Part shown: in pieces, positions 24,080 through 37,969 of the stretch | Layout: every line of letters begins with the position of its first letter | How positions within the stretch are numbered: position 1 is the stretch's first letter | Assembly: GCA_024679065.1 (NCBI GenBank) | Contig: JAGIQG010000016.1 | Coordinates: forward strand, 49,352,001-49,416,000 | From: Sphyrna mokarran | Taxonomy: Eukaryota | DNA length: 64,000 bases | Reading direction: 5' to 3' | Made by a program: the position numbers and the translations under genes | Notes under the pieces: model-generated | Seen by the model: only the letters and a program-made list of their open reading frames with translations | What the model was told of the DNA's origin: nothing | Databases searched by the model: none

Positions 24080-25152
24080 TTCCTAGAGGTGAGGTTAAGG
24101 GGTGGTCAGATTGAAATTTTTAAAACAATGAAGGGAACTTCCAGCTATTTGGGGAAACTCAAAACAAAGCACATAGAATAAGAACTAAGCCCTATAGAAG
24201 TGAATTTATAATGCAGAAGGAACTACCTATTTACAGCAGTGGAAGCAAACTCAATAATAACTTTCTACAGGAAGGATTTGTTTGTAAGGCAATGAGAAAA
24301 GTGTAGATTAATTCGGAACATGGGAACAGAAGTTGGCATTTTAGTTCTTCAAACTTGTTTTGCCATTCAGTGAGATCATGGTTGATCTGCAATTTAACTC
24401 CATGCATCCACTTTAATATCTTTCTTCACAAAAAAATCTCAGATTTAAAATGAACAATTAAATGAATAGCATCAATTGCTACTTGCAATTAGAAGCATTC
24501 CCAATTTCATTCCTGAAAGGTTTGGCCCTAGTTTTTAGCCTATGAGTAAAAAAGAGTTACGTGCCCCAAATGGGCAAATTTCTCTCAGTATCTTAGTGGA
24601 TAAGGGAGGGAGGGGGCAGGAGGCGGGGGCATTTGCTATTGCCTACTCTTCATATATTAAGCCCTATGTTCTAATTCCCCAAACAGAGGGAATTATTTCT
24701 TTCTATCTGTCCTAGCTAGTCCACTAAATATCGAGAATACAGCCCAGATTTTACAGGATCACTCCTCATGAATAAATATGGTGATTAGTTGATGCCACAA
24801 CACGGACTCTTGTGAGACATCACTACTCATTTCCTGTCAGTTTGAGAAATTGCCATTTATCCCAACTCTCTGTCTCCTGCTGCTGAAGCCAATTTCACAA
24901 CCAGATCAATAATATACCTTCAAATCTCTAAGGTTCAACTTTAGATAACAGTGTCTTACGAAGGACTTTATCAAAGGCATTCTGTAAGTGCATATAATAA
25001 TATTAATCCACATTCTCCTGTCCACTACTTTTTCAAAAAATTCACTTAGGTTTCTCACACATGATCGACTGGATAGCTTCACTCAAAAAGTGCAGTCAAA
25101 TGGCCTTGTTCTAAACAATAATATTTAGTGATCCTATGTTATGATTCTATGA
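24080..25152. mobile_element. Cluster of short, very degraded CR1 fragments on both strands
   Basis: gaggttaaggggtggtcagattgaa (RLRG.IE) on plus; ggaacatgggaacagaag tail and ggactttatcaaaggcattctg (QNAFDKV on minus). Confidence 0.6.
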
Positions 25153-25677
25153 ATGCAGAAAAAGGCCAGAATCTTATGGTCTTAGAATATGAGTGCGAGA
25201 GGCTAGAGTTTCCGAGTCACCACGTCGCTTTCAACATGTCCTTCTGGGAGATATTCCAGGAGGACTCCCAGTAAGGACAGCAGAAACTAGAGGTATTTCA
25301 CAAAGATCCATATGGCGGCATCAGTTATTCACCATATTTAGATGAGTAGATAGAAATTCACATATCCAAGTTTGCCAGTGTAACCAGTATGGCTGGAAGT
25401 GATAAAGATAGTTTATGTCAATGGGTCAAACTGTGATCAATGGATTAAATACAAGTAAATATGAGATCAGCAATGGCAAAGAAATCAAAGATCCTTCAGC
25501 CTGAGAGCTGCTACAACACTAAGTGCCAGAAATGGGCAATGTTCCTACGGGGTGGAGAACCCCCAAGCAGCCCTCTGAAGAGATTTTCAATTTCATGAAA
25601 TAGATGGTGGCCAACCCTCAGGTCACAAAAGGAAGATCCCAACAAAGTCCTCAGTCAGCCCACAAATGGGCAGCCAG

Positions 25678-25962
25678 TAGGTGGCATGGTGCACAGTGGT
25701 TAGCACTGCTGTCTCCAGGGACCTGGGTTCAATTCTGACTTTGGGTCACTGTTTGGGCAGAATCTGCATGTTCTCCCCATGTCTATGTGGGTTTCCTATA
25801 GCTGCTCTGTTTTTCTCCTGCATTCCAAAGATGTGCGGATTAGGTTGATTGGCCATGCTAAATTGACCCTAGTGTCAGGGGGATTAGCCTGGATGGGATT
25901 GTGGTTGGTGCAGGCTCAATGGGCCAAATGGCCTCCTTCTGCACTGTAGGGATTCTATGATT
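25678..25962 (+). mobile_element. V-SINE, tail type A
   Basis: tRNA head, V-domain, tail gggccaaatggcctccttctgcactgtagggattctatga. Confidence 0.9.
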
Positions 25963-26859
25963 GTAAGTTTCCAATTTGGGGCTGCTGTCCATTGCCAATG
26001 AAGTCCCACCTCTGGGAAGGTCACCTAGAAGCAGGAATATGTTGTACTATGGTCCTGACAGCAAGGATTTTCTTCCCAATCCCACTGTTAGGCCTGCCTT
26101 ACTTCAGACAAATGGTTGTAAAAATGCAGAATACATAGTTTGCAAAACAGCAAGATTCTTTCAGTAATCCTTTCTGGCCCCTTCCTCATTCCCCATTTAA
26201 TGGCAAAATGGTCCAGAAAATAACTGGCCCATTTCCATTATTTAACTGCTGCTCTGAGCAATCCTTGTTCCTGATGCACCATTAGCCCATTCACCTGGTG
26301 GATGGAAGGTTGCGGCTAAAAATAGCAATCCTAGGATTAAGAGACAGATGGGAATATTCTCAAAAAGCTTTATAACTCACTAAACCCCGAACAACACATC
26401 AACAGCTTTACATTTCAGATTTAGCAGAGTTCTCTATTAAAGTTCTGAGTCCTCTCAGCTTGGTACTTAATAACAGTAAAACATGGTTATTTTTATCTTC
26501 TAGCTATTTCTCTTGCTGCTCTGCTTTATTGAAGTAAAGAATAAAAAAATTAGCTAAGGTTTTCCATTGTATTTTCTGACTTCCCTGGGCGCCATTTTGA
26601 GCCAGTGTTAGCCATCAGCGGATACAAAATATCGCAAAAGTTGGGAAACATGAAACATGAAACATGGTTCCTGATTTTCCACATCCCTCACCGATGAATA
26701 ACAAGGTTCCTGCTCGGAAGGTCAGCAACTGCATTTTAAATACATTATAAGATCATTAGCAAGCTTGCCCTGCAGATAAAAAGCAACTGGTCTTTCTTCT
26801 GATCACACGTGGACCATTGTTATGTGTCATTATTCACAACTTAACTTTCCCGGAAGCAT

Positions 26860-27200
26860 CGGATACCAAAATATTATGACCCTAAGCCACTTCTGATCCT
26901 GAGAAAGAATCAGTTTTACTTAACAATCTGGGAGATAGGGGAATCTGTCATGTGTTCCTAAACAAGGTTGCTATGACTGACAGAAGTTTGTGAATTTGGA
27001 TTGATGCTTAATGAGATGCTAAGAGATTATTTGGTGTGCGGGATAAATAATATAACTATCCAAAAAATACCAGTTGGCAGTAGCCCAAATGGGCTGCAAA
27101 CAGGAGCAGCAGAACAGGCACTACAGCTGATCTTATCATTGGGAAATGCAGCAAATCTGAGTTGCAAGGTATCCCAATGGAAGTGGACATCCACTTGAGT
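26860..27200 (+). pseudogene. Gypsy LTR-retrotransposon gag fragment
   Basis: YDPKPLLILRKNQF...GESV...EVCEFGLMLNEMLRDYLVCGINNITIQK matches the recalled Gypsy gag motif PKPS.I..R..F...GESV...CEFG..L.EMLRDRLVCGI. Confidence 0.75.
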
Positions 27201-27875
27201 GTTGGCAATTACATTGTCTCCTTCAAGGAGGATCCAGATCCAGCACTGGAAATTTACAAGAGACTCATGAGGCACATGAACTGTTGAAATTCCCCAGTCT
27301 TAGGCGGACTGGGGTGCAATGACTTCATTGAGGCACAGGAGGTTGGTGTCTTGGAGTATAAACTCTCTGACTGAGGTCATAATTGCATGCCCAATCAGAA
27401 AGCCTCACCCAAATATATAAAATTGGGAGCATCATGGCTTCTGGCACCCCAAATTCTGACTGCATACTGTTATCTCAGTAAATATCCAGGTACAAGTGTT
27501 CAAATCTCACCACAGCAGCTGGAGAATTGGAATTCAATGTATTAAGTAAATTTGCAATAAAAAGCTAATATAATATTGAAGGGGAACCAGATGTGGGAAT
27601 ATTGGAAGGATAAACAGAAAAGAAAAGGAGGGACATAGCTTTGTCAGTCAAAGAAGAGATCAGTGCAGTAGTGAGAAATGATATAGGCTAGAGATCAAGA
27701 TGCTGAATCAGTCTGGATAGAAATAAGAAATAGCAATAACTAGGGAAATAAGTCTCCAGAGAGGGATAATCTTTAGGTCCTCAACAGTGGTTTCACAGTG
27801 GGGCACAGTATAAATGAGGAAATATTGGGGAGTTGTAGGAAAGGTACAGCAGTAATTATGGACGATTTTAATATA

Positions 27876-28111
27876 AGTCTCATAACACCAGGTTAAAATA
27901 CAACAGGTTTATTTGGTAGCAAATGCCACTAGCTTTGGAGTGCTGCTCCTTCATCAGATGAATCTCAGTTTTCATGGTAGAGAAGCACTCACCTGACGAA
28001 GGAGCAGCACTCTGAAAGCTAGTGGTGTTTGCTATCTGTTGGACTTTAACCCGGTGTTATGAGATTTTTTACTGTGTTTACCCCAGTCCAATGCTGGCAT
28101 CTACACATCAT
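27876..28111. mobile_element. Non-coding palindromic Penelope mini-element (two opposed pseudo-LTRs)
   Basis: 27876-27960 is the reverse complement of about 27990-28070; perfect TSD GATTTTAATATA at 27864-27875 and 28112-28123. Confidence 0.9.
27993..28022 (+). ncRNA. Minimal hammerhead-ribozyme-like core in Penelope pseudo-LTR
   Basis: CTGACGA-aggagcagcactct-GAAA-gcta. Similar cores at 3763, 11182 and 23005 (+) and near 2290-2325, 22077-22103 and 27931-27957 (-). Activity unknown. Confidence 0.55.
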
Positions 28112-30033
28112 GATTTTAATATACACATAGACTGGATTAATCAAAATGGCATTGGTAACCTCGAGGAAGAGGTCTTTGAATGTATTAGAGATGGTTTCTT
28201 AGAGCAATAGTTGTGGAACCAACCAGGGAGCAGGCTATTCTCGATGTGGTTTTGTCTAATGGGGAAGGATTAATTAAAGATCTCATAGTTAAGTATCCTG
28301 TTGGGAAGAATGATGATAATATGATAGAATTCAAAAGTCAGTTTGAGGGCAAGAAACCAGCACCCTACACTCAAATTCTGGAGTTAAATAAAGTTCATTA
28401 CACAGGCACAAGGATAGATTTACCCTCATGGACTGGGAAGGAAGGTCAAAAGGCAGGACAGTCGATGAACCGTGCAGATGTTTAAGGAGATAGTCAATTT
28501 CTCTCAAACAAAATATAATTCTAGAAAGGAAAAAAAATTGTAAGAGAAGTATAAATCACCCATGGCTAAGTACAGAAGTTAACAACAACATAAATGCAAA
28601 ATCTAAGACATTGTAAAAGCCAATGGTGGACTAGAAGATTAGAAGGGTTATTAAAAAAAGTAATAAAAAAAGCAAAGGCAAATTATGAAAGAAAACAAGA
28701 TATAAAAAAAAGCAAAGGCTTTTATATGAAAAGGAAGAGAGTAGCTAAAGTGAATGTTGGACCCTTGGAGGATCAGACTAGTGAGTGAATATTGAGAACA
28801 CAGAAATAGCCGAGAATCTAAATCAATATATTGTCTCAGTTTTCACAACAGAGGACACTAATACTATCCCAATAGTAACAAGTATTACAGCAGTAATAAA
28901 CAGGCAAGAACTTAGAACAATCATAATCAATGGGGAAACACTACACAGCAAGCTATTGGGATTGAAGGCAGGCAAATCCCAAGACCCAATGGTCTGCATC
29001 CTAGTTTCTTAAAGAAAGTGGCAGCAGAGATGGTGGATCCATTGATTTCAATATTCCAAAATTCCCTGGATGCAACAGGTTCCAGTGGATTGGAAAAATG
29101 CTAATAAAATACCCTTATTCAAAAAGAGAGGGAGGCAGCAAGTAGGAAACTATAGATCAGTTAATTGAACATCTGTTTTGGTGAATTGTTACAATCCATT
29201 ATTAAGGAAATAATTACTGGACATTTAGAAAGTTACAACACAATTCATCAAAGGCAGCATGGTTTTATGAAGGGTAAATCATATTTGACTAATTTGCTGG
29301 AGCACTTCAAAGATATAACAAGCAAAGTGGGTAATGGGGATCCTATAGAATGAGGGGAGATGTAATTGAAGTGTATAAGATGCTAAAGGGGATTGACAGG
29401 TTCAACATAAAGAGAATATTTCCTCTTGTAGGGCAATCCAGAATGTGAGGTCATAGTTTTAGGATGGCAGGGGGGAGAGGGGGTAGCAGATTCAAAACAA
29501 AAATGAGGAGAAATTATTTTCTTCAAAGAGTCATGAACCTGTGGAACTTGCTAACCCAGAGTGACGGAACTAAATTTAGAAATGAGTTGAAGGGTTATGG
29601 AGAATGGGTAGGAAAGTGGAGTTGAGGCTTAGATAAGATCAGCCATGATCGTATTGAATGGTGGAGCAAGCTCGAAGGGCTGAGTTATCTACTCTGCTCT
29701 GAGTTCTTATGTTCTTTTGATGATCATGGAACAACCATCATAAATTTTAATTAATCACTATGATCGGGAGAAATGGTAGAAAAGAACGGAAGCTTGCTCA
29801 CTGAGGACACATATCAGAAATCTAGCATCACACAAAGTTTTCAGCCATTAAAGCAGTTTATAAATCATGTTTTCTGAGAGACAAGGCACCTTGTTGGGTT
29901 GGAAATGTCGAAGATGATTCCCCTGCACAGAGGAATTTCAAATTAAAGCAGCAATGAGAAATTTGATGTACTGAAACATTGCACTGTTATTACCCAGTGG
30001 GAGGCTACTTAATTATGCAATAATGGTTGGTTA

Positions 30034-30243
<210 letters not shown>

Positions 30244-31254
30244 TCAAACCACAGCGACCATTGTTTATATAAAGATAAGAACTTCAATTCAGATTGTATT
30301 GTATCACATTTCTTGAAGAACATGTGCCAAAGTGCTTTGCTCACATTACTGTGCAGCATATTGACTGTGGTTAAGCCCCCAACTGAGAGACAATTTTAAG
30401 AGTTTGAATTCTGGTGCAAAGACTTGCTGACTGCAATTGTACACATTTTTACATCAATTAGTCTGATTGACCTGCTAATATTCGAAGACACAGACCGTTT
30501 TCAGCCACATTTAATCCACATTTAAGAATTAGTCTCGGTTTGAGGATTGAAGTGAAAACTATAGATAGGCAGCCTTTGTGTTACGTTTTTAAACAACAGC
30601 ATAAATAAGACCAATAAAAACTTGCAATCTCTATTTGAGCAATGCATCTAATTTCAAAAGGCAAAAAACAAGCTCATTCCCTGTAAACAATGACCCAGGA
30701 TTGTCCATTTACCATTGACAATACTTTTACGAGGGAATGCATAAATGCAAACAAAAACAGAACATCTCACACTCTCTGGATGTGTTTCTATGGATTGAAC
30801 TATACAAGGTGCCATGTTCCTAGCCTTCCCCTGCATCCACTGCTTAAAAGATTGGGGGAAGAGTTAGGTAAGTGAAAGAACAGTTCCCCATAACCATTTA
30901 ATAGGCTGGAGATGGGATTTCTGCTTCTCAGGGACAGAACACCCTGCCTCACAGATCTGCTGGCCAACCACAGGCCAACAGCTCACACTGGGAGCACTGG
31001 ACACTGCTGGTCCTGCACTCAGATCTTAAGAAAGCACTTAGCAATGAATCAGAATGTGGGAGGATTTACTGCCTGCACTCACCTCAAAACCAGAAAATTG
31101 CTCCTGAAATCAATGGACCTTTGCATGGTCTGCTCCCTTCCCGATTGCTACAATTCCCATGGCGGAACCCCCCATGTAAGTGTTTGAAGGATGGGTAGGT
31201 GATGGGCAGGCTCCCTGCTGGACTTTATGTGCCCTGTCTTCTAATCTACCAGAA

Positions 31255-32405
31255 GTAAATACTGCATGGTAGGTTGTTGCATAAAGTTAAATTGCACGAG
31301 ATCCAGGGTGAAGTACCTAAATGGATACGAAATTGGTTTGATGACAGAAGACAGAGGATGGTTGTAGAGGGTTGTTTTCCAAACTGGAGACCTGTGACCA
31401 GGGGTAGTGCCTCAGGGATCGCTGCTGGGCTACTGTTATTTGTCATTTATATTAATGATTTGGATGAGAATATGGGAGGCATGGTTAGTAAGTTTGCAGA
31501 TGACACCAAGCTTGCTGACAAGTGGATAGTGAAGAAAGTTATCTCAGATTGCAACGGGATCTTCATCAATTGAGCCAGTAGGCTGACGAATGGCAGAGGG
31601 AGTTTAATTTAGATAAATGCGAGGTGATGCATTTTGGTAGATTGAACTGAGGCAGGACTTACACAGTTAATAATAGGGCATTGGAGAGAGTTACAGAACA
31701 AAGAGATCTAGGGGTACATGTTCATAACTCCTTGAAAATGGAGTCACAGGTAGACAGACTGGTGAAGAAGACATTCATAGTTGGTTTTATTAGTCAGAAC
31801 ATTGAATAGACATTGAATGGGACATCTTGTTGAAGTTGTAAAAGACATTAGTAAGGCCACATTTGCAGTACTGTGTACAGTTCTGGTCACCCTATTATAG
31901 AAAGGATATTATTAAACTAGAAAGAGTGCAGAAAAGATTTACTAAGATGCTACTGGGACTGGCTGGTTTACCTTATAAGGAAAGGCTGGATAGACTGGGA
32001 GTTTTTTTTCTGAGCATAGAAGGCTGAGGGATGATCTTATAGAGGTCTATAAAATAATAAGGGGCACAGATCAGCTAGATAATCAGTTAGATAATATCAT
32101 TTTCCAAAGTAGGAGAATCTAAAACTAGAAGGCATAGGTTAAGGAGAGAGGGAAGAGATACAAAAGTGTCCAGAGGGGCATTTTTTTCACACAAAAGGTG
32201 GTGAGTGTCTGGAACAAGCTGCCAGAAGTAATAGTAGGGGCAGGTACAATTTTAAAAAGTATTTAGACAGTCACATGTGTAAGATGTGTACAGAGGGATA
32301 TGGGCCAATTGGGATTAGCTTAGGGGTTTAAAAAAAAAAGGGCGGCATGGACAAGTTGGGCTGAAGAGCATGTTTTCATGCTGTAAACCTCTATGACTCT
32401 ATGAC
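31255..32405 (+). mobile_element. CR1 RT C-terminal half and 3' tail (degraded)
   Basis: HGRLLHKVKLHEIQGEVPKWIRNW...LLFVIYINDLDENMGGMVSKFADDTKL; LVRPHLQYCVQFWSPYY; (ctatgact)n tail. Confidence 0.92.
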
Positions 32406-33169
32406 TGTGAGTGGGGTGAAGGTGGCGTGGGTTTGGGCGGCAGGGGAGGGGGGTGGAATTCAAATAACTCTGCCCTATAAGTTTACACTTCTGATGACAG
32501 CTCTCACCCATTGGTAAAGTCAGACAAAACTCAGATACGCACAGCCCATGATTTGCTAACCACATGGGCACTTTGAGCTGGAATTTCTGAAATGTTCTCC
32601 CGGTGGACAAAGCTCCCAATTTACAAACTTAGAATTAGAAATTAGCCAATTTATATTCTCTCAGGATGCACTCGTCTCGAAGACTAGTCTCACTTGGCTG
32701 CCCTATTCCAGGTTTAATTTATTTGTATGTCCACAGATATATTCATTTGAACAGTAGGCGAATGCTGGTGCTTAATACTTAATCCAAATTAATGCTTTAG
32801 TCACCGCATGTTCCTAAATTTTCACCCTGAGCTCCTTCATTTAAATGCTTCAGTGCTTACAGAACCTTTGTTCATAATGATGTCTTGTTATTTTCAATCA
32901 ACTTTAACAGTTGGGCACTGCATTAAACTGACACTGATGTAATATATCGCTTAAACACTTTTTAAAGAATCTGTGACACTTGTGCAAAACTTACTTTGTA
33001 TTTACTGAGCACTGCAGTTCACTTGATGGCTGAACATTTTGCGAATTATAGGGCAGAATATTCTGGCTGTGCTCTTCTTGAAACTGGAATGTGTCACCCG
33101 ACCTGCACTGCTAAAGGAGATTCATGCTTGAAGGAAGCATAAACAACTGACTAGGCTACCTCCTGGGTA

Positions 33170-33478
33170 CTACAGTGGCATAGTGGTTAGCATTATTGAC
33201 TCAGTGCCAAGGACCCTGGTTCGATTCCCAGCTTGGGTCACTGTCTGTGTGGAGTTTGCACATTCTTGCCGTGTTTGCATGGGTTTCTTCCATGTGCTTT
33301 GATGTCCTCCCACAGTCCAAAGGTTAGGTGCTTTGGCCATGCTAAATTGCCTCTTAGTGTCAGGGAGATTAGCTGGGTAAATATGTGGGGTTACTGAGAT
33401 AGGTCCTGGCTGGGATTGTGATTGGTGCAGACTCGATGGGCCAAGAGGCCTCTTTCTGCACTATAGGAATTCTATCAT
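33170..33478 (+). mobile_element. V-SINE, tail type A
   Basis: gtggttagca...ggttcgattccc B-box, V-domain, CR1-type tail. Confidence 0.9.
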
Positions 33479-34351
33479 AACAATTCCCCGGTTCCTGTTC
33501 CCTTCGAGCTTGGCTCTCTGCTTGCAGTGAGATATTGCTGAATTAATCTTTGAATCCGTTGTTACCATCGACAAGTTACCATTGTCGATACTACAAATAA
33601 TAAAGATGTATAATATTCCTTTGCTTTTGATTTTTGTGAAACTGTTAACTCATTTTGAATAAGCAGTTTAATTCCTGAATTAAAACCATTGATGAAGGAA
33701 CATCACCGTGCTAATACCATCAACCATCATTTCGAATCTTACAGACAGTTAGCTCATTAGAACTCTGTATTATGCCAATAGTTTAAACACTGTGAAAAGG
33801 TAATTTTGAAGGTATTTTGCTGCAGTGTCATTTTAAGTAACAACTATATCTTGATATACTGGAGGCAATGAATTTAGTCAAGTGGAACATTTTGTCTACA
33901 CGTAACATGGCCTGCGACATCTGCTAATCATTCTCTAGTGCTTCCACTTAGCTAGATGCCAGTGCCCATTGGGTTGGTCCGCGTGAAGTAGGAAAAAGTG
34001 ATGCTGGCACTATCAACCAGTAACTTTTCTCTTTAATTTGTTTTTTTACATAGCTGCCCCATCAGCCCACTTGATAAGGTAGAAGGGGTGAAATGAATAC
34101 ATCTGGCAGATTTATGGGAATATAAGCCACAATCCAGGACTGATTTGATTATATATTTAAAAGTGTTGCAGGTTGCTTTAAGAGCTGATCACATGACTTG
34201 ATGGTGTTGTCATTAGGTGTCTGCAATGTTTCACTTTCAGTTTGTACTCTATGCGGTGCAGAAAACATCCCTTTCAATCAAAAATGGTGTGTGTTAGTTT
34301 CAATCTATGTGTGCAAACCATCATTAGTGTACACTTGACCTGGACCATTTG

Positions 34352-34670
34352 ATGGGCAACACGACAGCTCAGTGACTATCGCTGTGCTGTGCAGATACAT
34401 GGGTTTGGGCCTGTGTCTGTGGAGGTTTGCGCATTCTCCCCGTGCTTGCGTGGGTTTTCTCCAGGTGCTCCAGTTTCCTCCTACATCCCAAAAATGTGCT
34501 CTTAGGCTAATTGGCAAAACAAATTCTCCCTAAATTGTCTCAAATTTGGTTTTTAATCCATAGATCTACAAACATGGACAGGGATCATGGGTAGAGGTGG
34601 GAACATCAGGGTGGCGGCGCGGGCTCGTTGGGCCGAAGGGCCTGTTTCCCGTACTGTTTTGTTCTTTGTT
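34352..34670 (+). mobile_element. Diverged V-SINE with CR1-type (tgttctt)n tail
   Basis: gtctgtggaggtttgcgcattctccccgtgcttgcgtgggtttt...; tail gggccgaagggcctgtttcccgtactg...gttctttgttc. Confidence 0.8.
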
Positions 34671-35204
34671 CACATTCTTTACCTCTTGTTAAAAACTCAC
34701 AATACCGAATATAATTAGAACATTACAGAACCCCATTATAGCACCTGATGGAACTATATGTTTACCCCATGACATCATGAGGACAAAACTCCAAAAGAAA
34801 CTGCATTCTGGGTTGTAACCCAAATTTATTCATTCCTAATTATCTATAAGGCTACACTACGCTCCTAGCTGACTGACAAGTCAAGATTGGCTGTTCAAAA
34901 CGTTTCAGCCAAAATTTACCAACCTGCCTGCCATGTAAATTGGAGCGGGCAAAGGGCAGACAATATAAAGTTCCACTGAGGTCAGGCGATCAAGTTTTGG
35001 GGCGATCAAGACCGCAAATCCAGCCCCTGATGTTTAAATGGTTATTTCAAATTAAAGTTTTTTAAAATTAGGAAGAGTAATTAAAGTATTGCAATATTGT
35101 GATAAACACACATTAGGTGCCTGTCTGTGACAAGCCATCAAATATTTAATCCTAAAATGACTGATGGTGATAATAACAAATGCAGGGTAAATATATTACT
35201 GTGA

Positions 35205-35300
35205 GACAAAAACAGAAAACGCTGAAAATCTCAGCAAGACTGACAGCAACTGTGAAGAAAGAATAGAGCCAATGTTTCCAGTCGGGATAATCTTTGGTCA
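35205..35300 (-). mobile_element. Penelope pseudo-LTR fragment (second family)
   Basis: acaaaaacagaaaacgctgaaaatctcagca...; minus reads ctgaccaaagattatcccgactggaaacattgg (decayed hammerhead-like). Confidence 0.65.
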
Positions 35301-37604
35301 GTTAATGATGTTCTGAGAGTTCCCTGTCTTCCACTTTAACACAGATTCTAACCGATGTTTCTTCCTTTCTCTTTGTGCAGTCCATTTGTTGCACTGCATG
35401 GACCCTTTAAGATTGTCATGCACCCCACATCCACCTCTTAAAGAAAATGTTGCTTCTCTGCAAACTGTTTGACCCCCCTTCCCAGCACATTTCCGATTGC
35501 TGCATTGCCAGCTTAAAGAAAACTTAGGCTTTAAACTAGTTAGTTTAATTGTGTTTTGTGCATTCTCTACAATAACCAACAGCATGGCCCTGTTGTCTAT
35601 CGGGGCAGTCCGTCAGCAGGATGAAATAGGCCGAAGATTTGAAAACATGGGTAACCACTGGACTTCGAACTCTATTTCCTCTCCCTTTACTAGCCAGGAG
35701 CTGGCCAGCTTGAGAGAGACAGAGACAGACAGACTGACTATCTTCACTGAATGGCCACAGAGCTGAGAGGAGTGTGAAGCTGCAGGTGGAGATCAAGGGC
35801 TTGGTTGTGGGGTGGGATGTAGGTCATAGGGGCTGTAAAGGGGGGGATCGTGGTTTGGGGGAGAATCTGTGTCAGGGGTTCCTGTGATTGCTGGGGGAAA
35901 CTAACACAAGGGAGTAATATGCTTTCTTGTTGCCTTTTGGTTTCCATATGTTGTTAACAACTGCACTTTAGAAGACAAACCCTTCCTGTTTAATATCGTC
36001 ATGCTGCCTTGTAACAATGGAAGGTCCAGATTGAACTTGTTCTGTTCTTCATCACATGAATCTCCAGTGAGCTGTGAAATGTGTCCCCCTGGAACATTTA
36101 CACATTACACATTAGTTCCTAACCAAGTAGTTCCCAGCTATTTACAGATACAATAATATATAACAGTGAGTGCAATTAATTGGGAGTGAAGAAAGTTAAA
36201 CTGGGAGGATGAAGTATTCCTCCACTTCTTGGTCCACAGCAATGTTGAAAGGCACTTGAACTGCTATATCTGGTCTTCCTCGTCCTGTTAAGCTACAAGT
36301 TTTTTCAAATCCTGAGAAACTCAGCCCACAGTGATTATACTGAACCGGCTGCTGGAATCTGATGTGTGACGCCTCATTAACATTTTCAGACGAGTAAACG
36401 GCCCCTCGAGAGCAGTTTGCCGCCTGCCCCATTTCTGTTAAAATTGAAAGTACGCATATTCCAGTCAGGTTGGGGTCGGGTTTCAGATCTTGGAAATGTT
36501 AACACATATTTCTGCACGCAACACCCCATCCCTCCCCATGCCCGCCGTCCAACTCTCTCCCACCCGTCACCAGGTTTCGGTCTACCCATGCCTCTCCCCA
36601 CAAAAAGAAATTTCAAACAACCAATTTAAACGTTGATTTTCTCCAGAACCTCAAAGGAGTATGAAGTTATTTTCAGTGCTGTTCCCACACAAATGTTTAA
36701 GACATTAGTAATAAGTTCCTGTACACCAACACCTGCATAAAAATGATACAGAGAGGAATTTGATATGGGCAGACTAAGTTTTCATAAGGGAACAGCATCA
36801 ATCATAAATTATGGCCAACAAAGCATTAAAATCCTTGATTATACTCAAGAAAATAAAGGGTGCTTTGTATAATTCTACTCCCCTGTGGACTTCAGAAAAC
36901 ATCTGGAAAACTTCATCACATAGATAAACTTTCAACTTAAGGAATACATTCATTGAGTTAATGAGGAAGATCAATGACATCTGGATTTCTCTATTCAATC
37001 CTTCTGAAGTCACATCTGGATGGAAAACAATGATTTTGTTCATGTAAAGTTCAGCAAAAAGTGCAAACTACCTCCTTGAAATAATACATCAGCTATCCAT
37101 TCCAGTTTTCATCAATATCTGCACCAATGGGAATCCAAAAAGCCAGACTCAGGGCACTTGTAAGCATCTCACTGCAAGGGTCTTAACTGGTACATCTTTT
37201 TATAAAGATGCAAAGGTGGCCCAAGGCACATTTAAGAAATTCAAGGCCTTTTTGTCACATAGTGACAAAAGCTCGAAATGAGGAATAACATTTAGCAACT
37301 GAAGAAGGCCTTTCCTTAGTTTAACTGCCCACTTACCACCAGGGCAAGTGATGAAGGTAAGTCAGGGAGAACGTTTTCTATTAAATGTCCATCCTTAGAA
37401 TTGGTCTCAAACATGTTCCTCCACTTACTCATCCACTAAGACCAGGGCAGAATGGGTCATACTTCCCATGAGTATGAGGTCACTAAACTTCAGTCATTGT
37501 CTCAACTCTGCCTCCCATATCAAAAAATCTTTTAAAGTTTCTTTAGCAGCAGGGGCTAGGCATGAGAAAGATGAAGACTTCTTTAAAGTTTCATCTACGC
37601 AAGA

Positions 37605-37722
37605 GATAGAGGGATATGGACCAAGGACAGGCAACAGGGATGAGTTCAATTTGGCCTCATGTTCAGCCAAACATTGTGGACCAAAGGGCTGTTCCTGTGT
37701 TGCAATGTTCTATGTTCTATGC
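37605..37722 (+). mobile_element. CR1 3' tail fragment
   Basis: atagagggatatggacc...aagggctgttcctgtgttgcaatgttctatgttctatg. Confidence 0.75.
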
Positions 37723-37969
37723 TCGACCTTTGCTGTTTCCTGCATCCTGGCCAGAACTATTCCTTGAAGCAGGACCTTTTGGCAGCAAAGTTTGGTTGCA
37801 ATACTTTGGTGCTGTTGTGAGTCAAAAAAATCCACCCATCTGGGTGCAGGCTCTGCCACATCTCTAATGTGGATGTTAGCATGGACAGAGGGAGTATGTG
37901 CTAAATGTGTGCAGAGTTGTCATTCAGCACGGCACAGCCATTTATTGTCAGAACTGCCATTTCTGACCT

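Larger units (their letters stand above)
27580..29715 (+). mobile_element. Degraded CR1 ORF2 (APE endonuclease to RT) with internal deletion and 3' tail
   Basis: GG.ALSVKEEI, ESVWIEIRN, IM.DFNIHIDW, EPTREQAILDVVLSN, QHGFMKGKSYLTNLLE; jumps to RGDVIEVYK at about 29350. Confidence 0.9.

Noticed and set aside
36196-36434. Minus-strand acceptor (ttttaacag) plus 78-aa ORF as an alternative terminal NKAIN3 exon
   Set aside because: The open frame needs a phase-1 intron, but NKAIN intron 1 is phase 0, where a stop appears after 37 codons. No recognisable homology, and the acceptor abuts repeat-like sequence.
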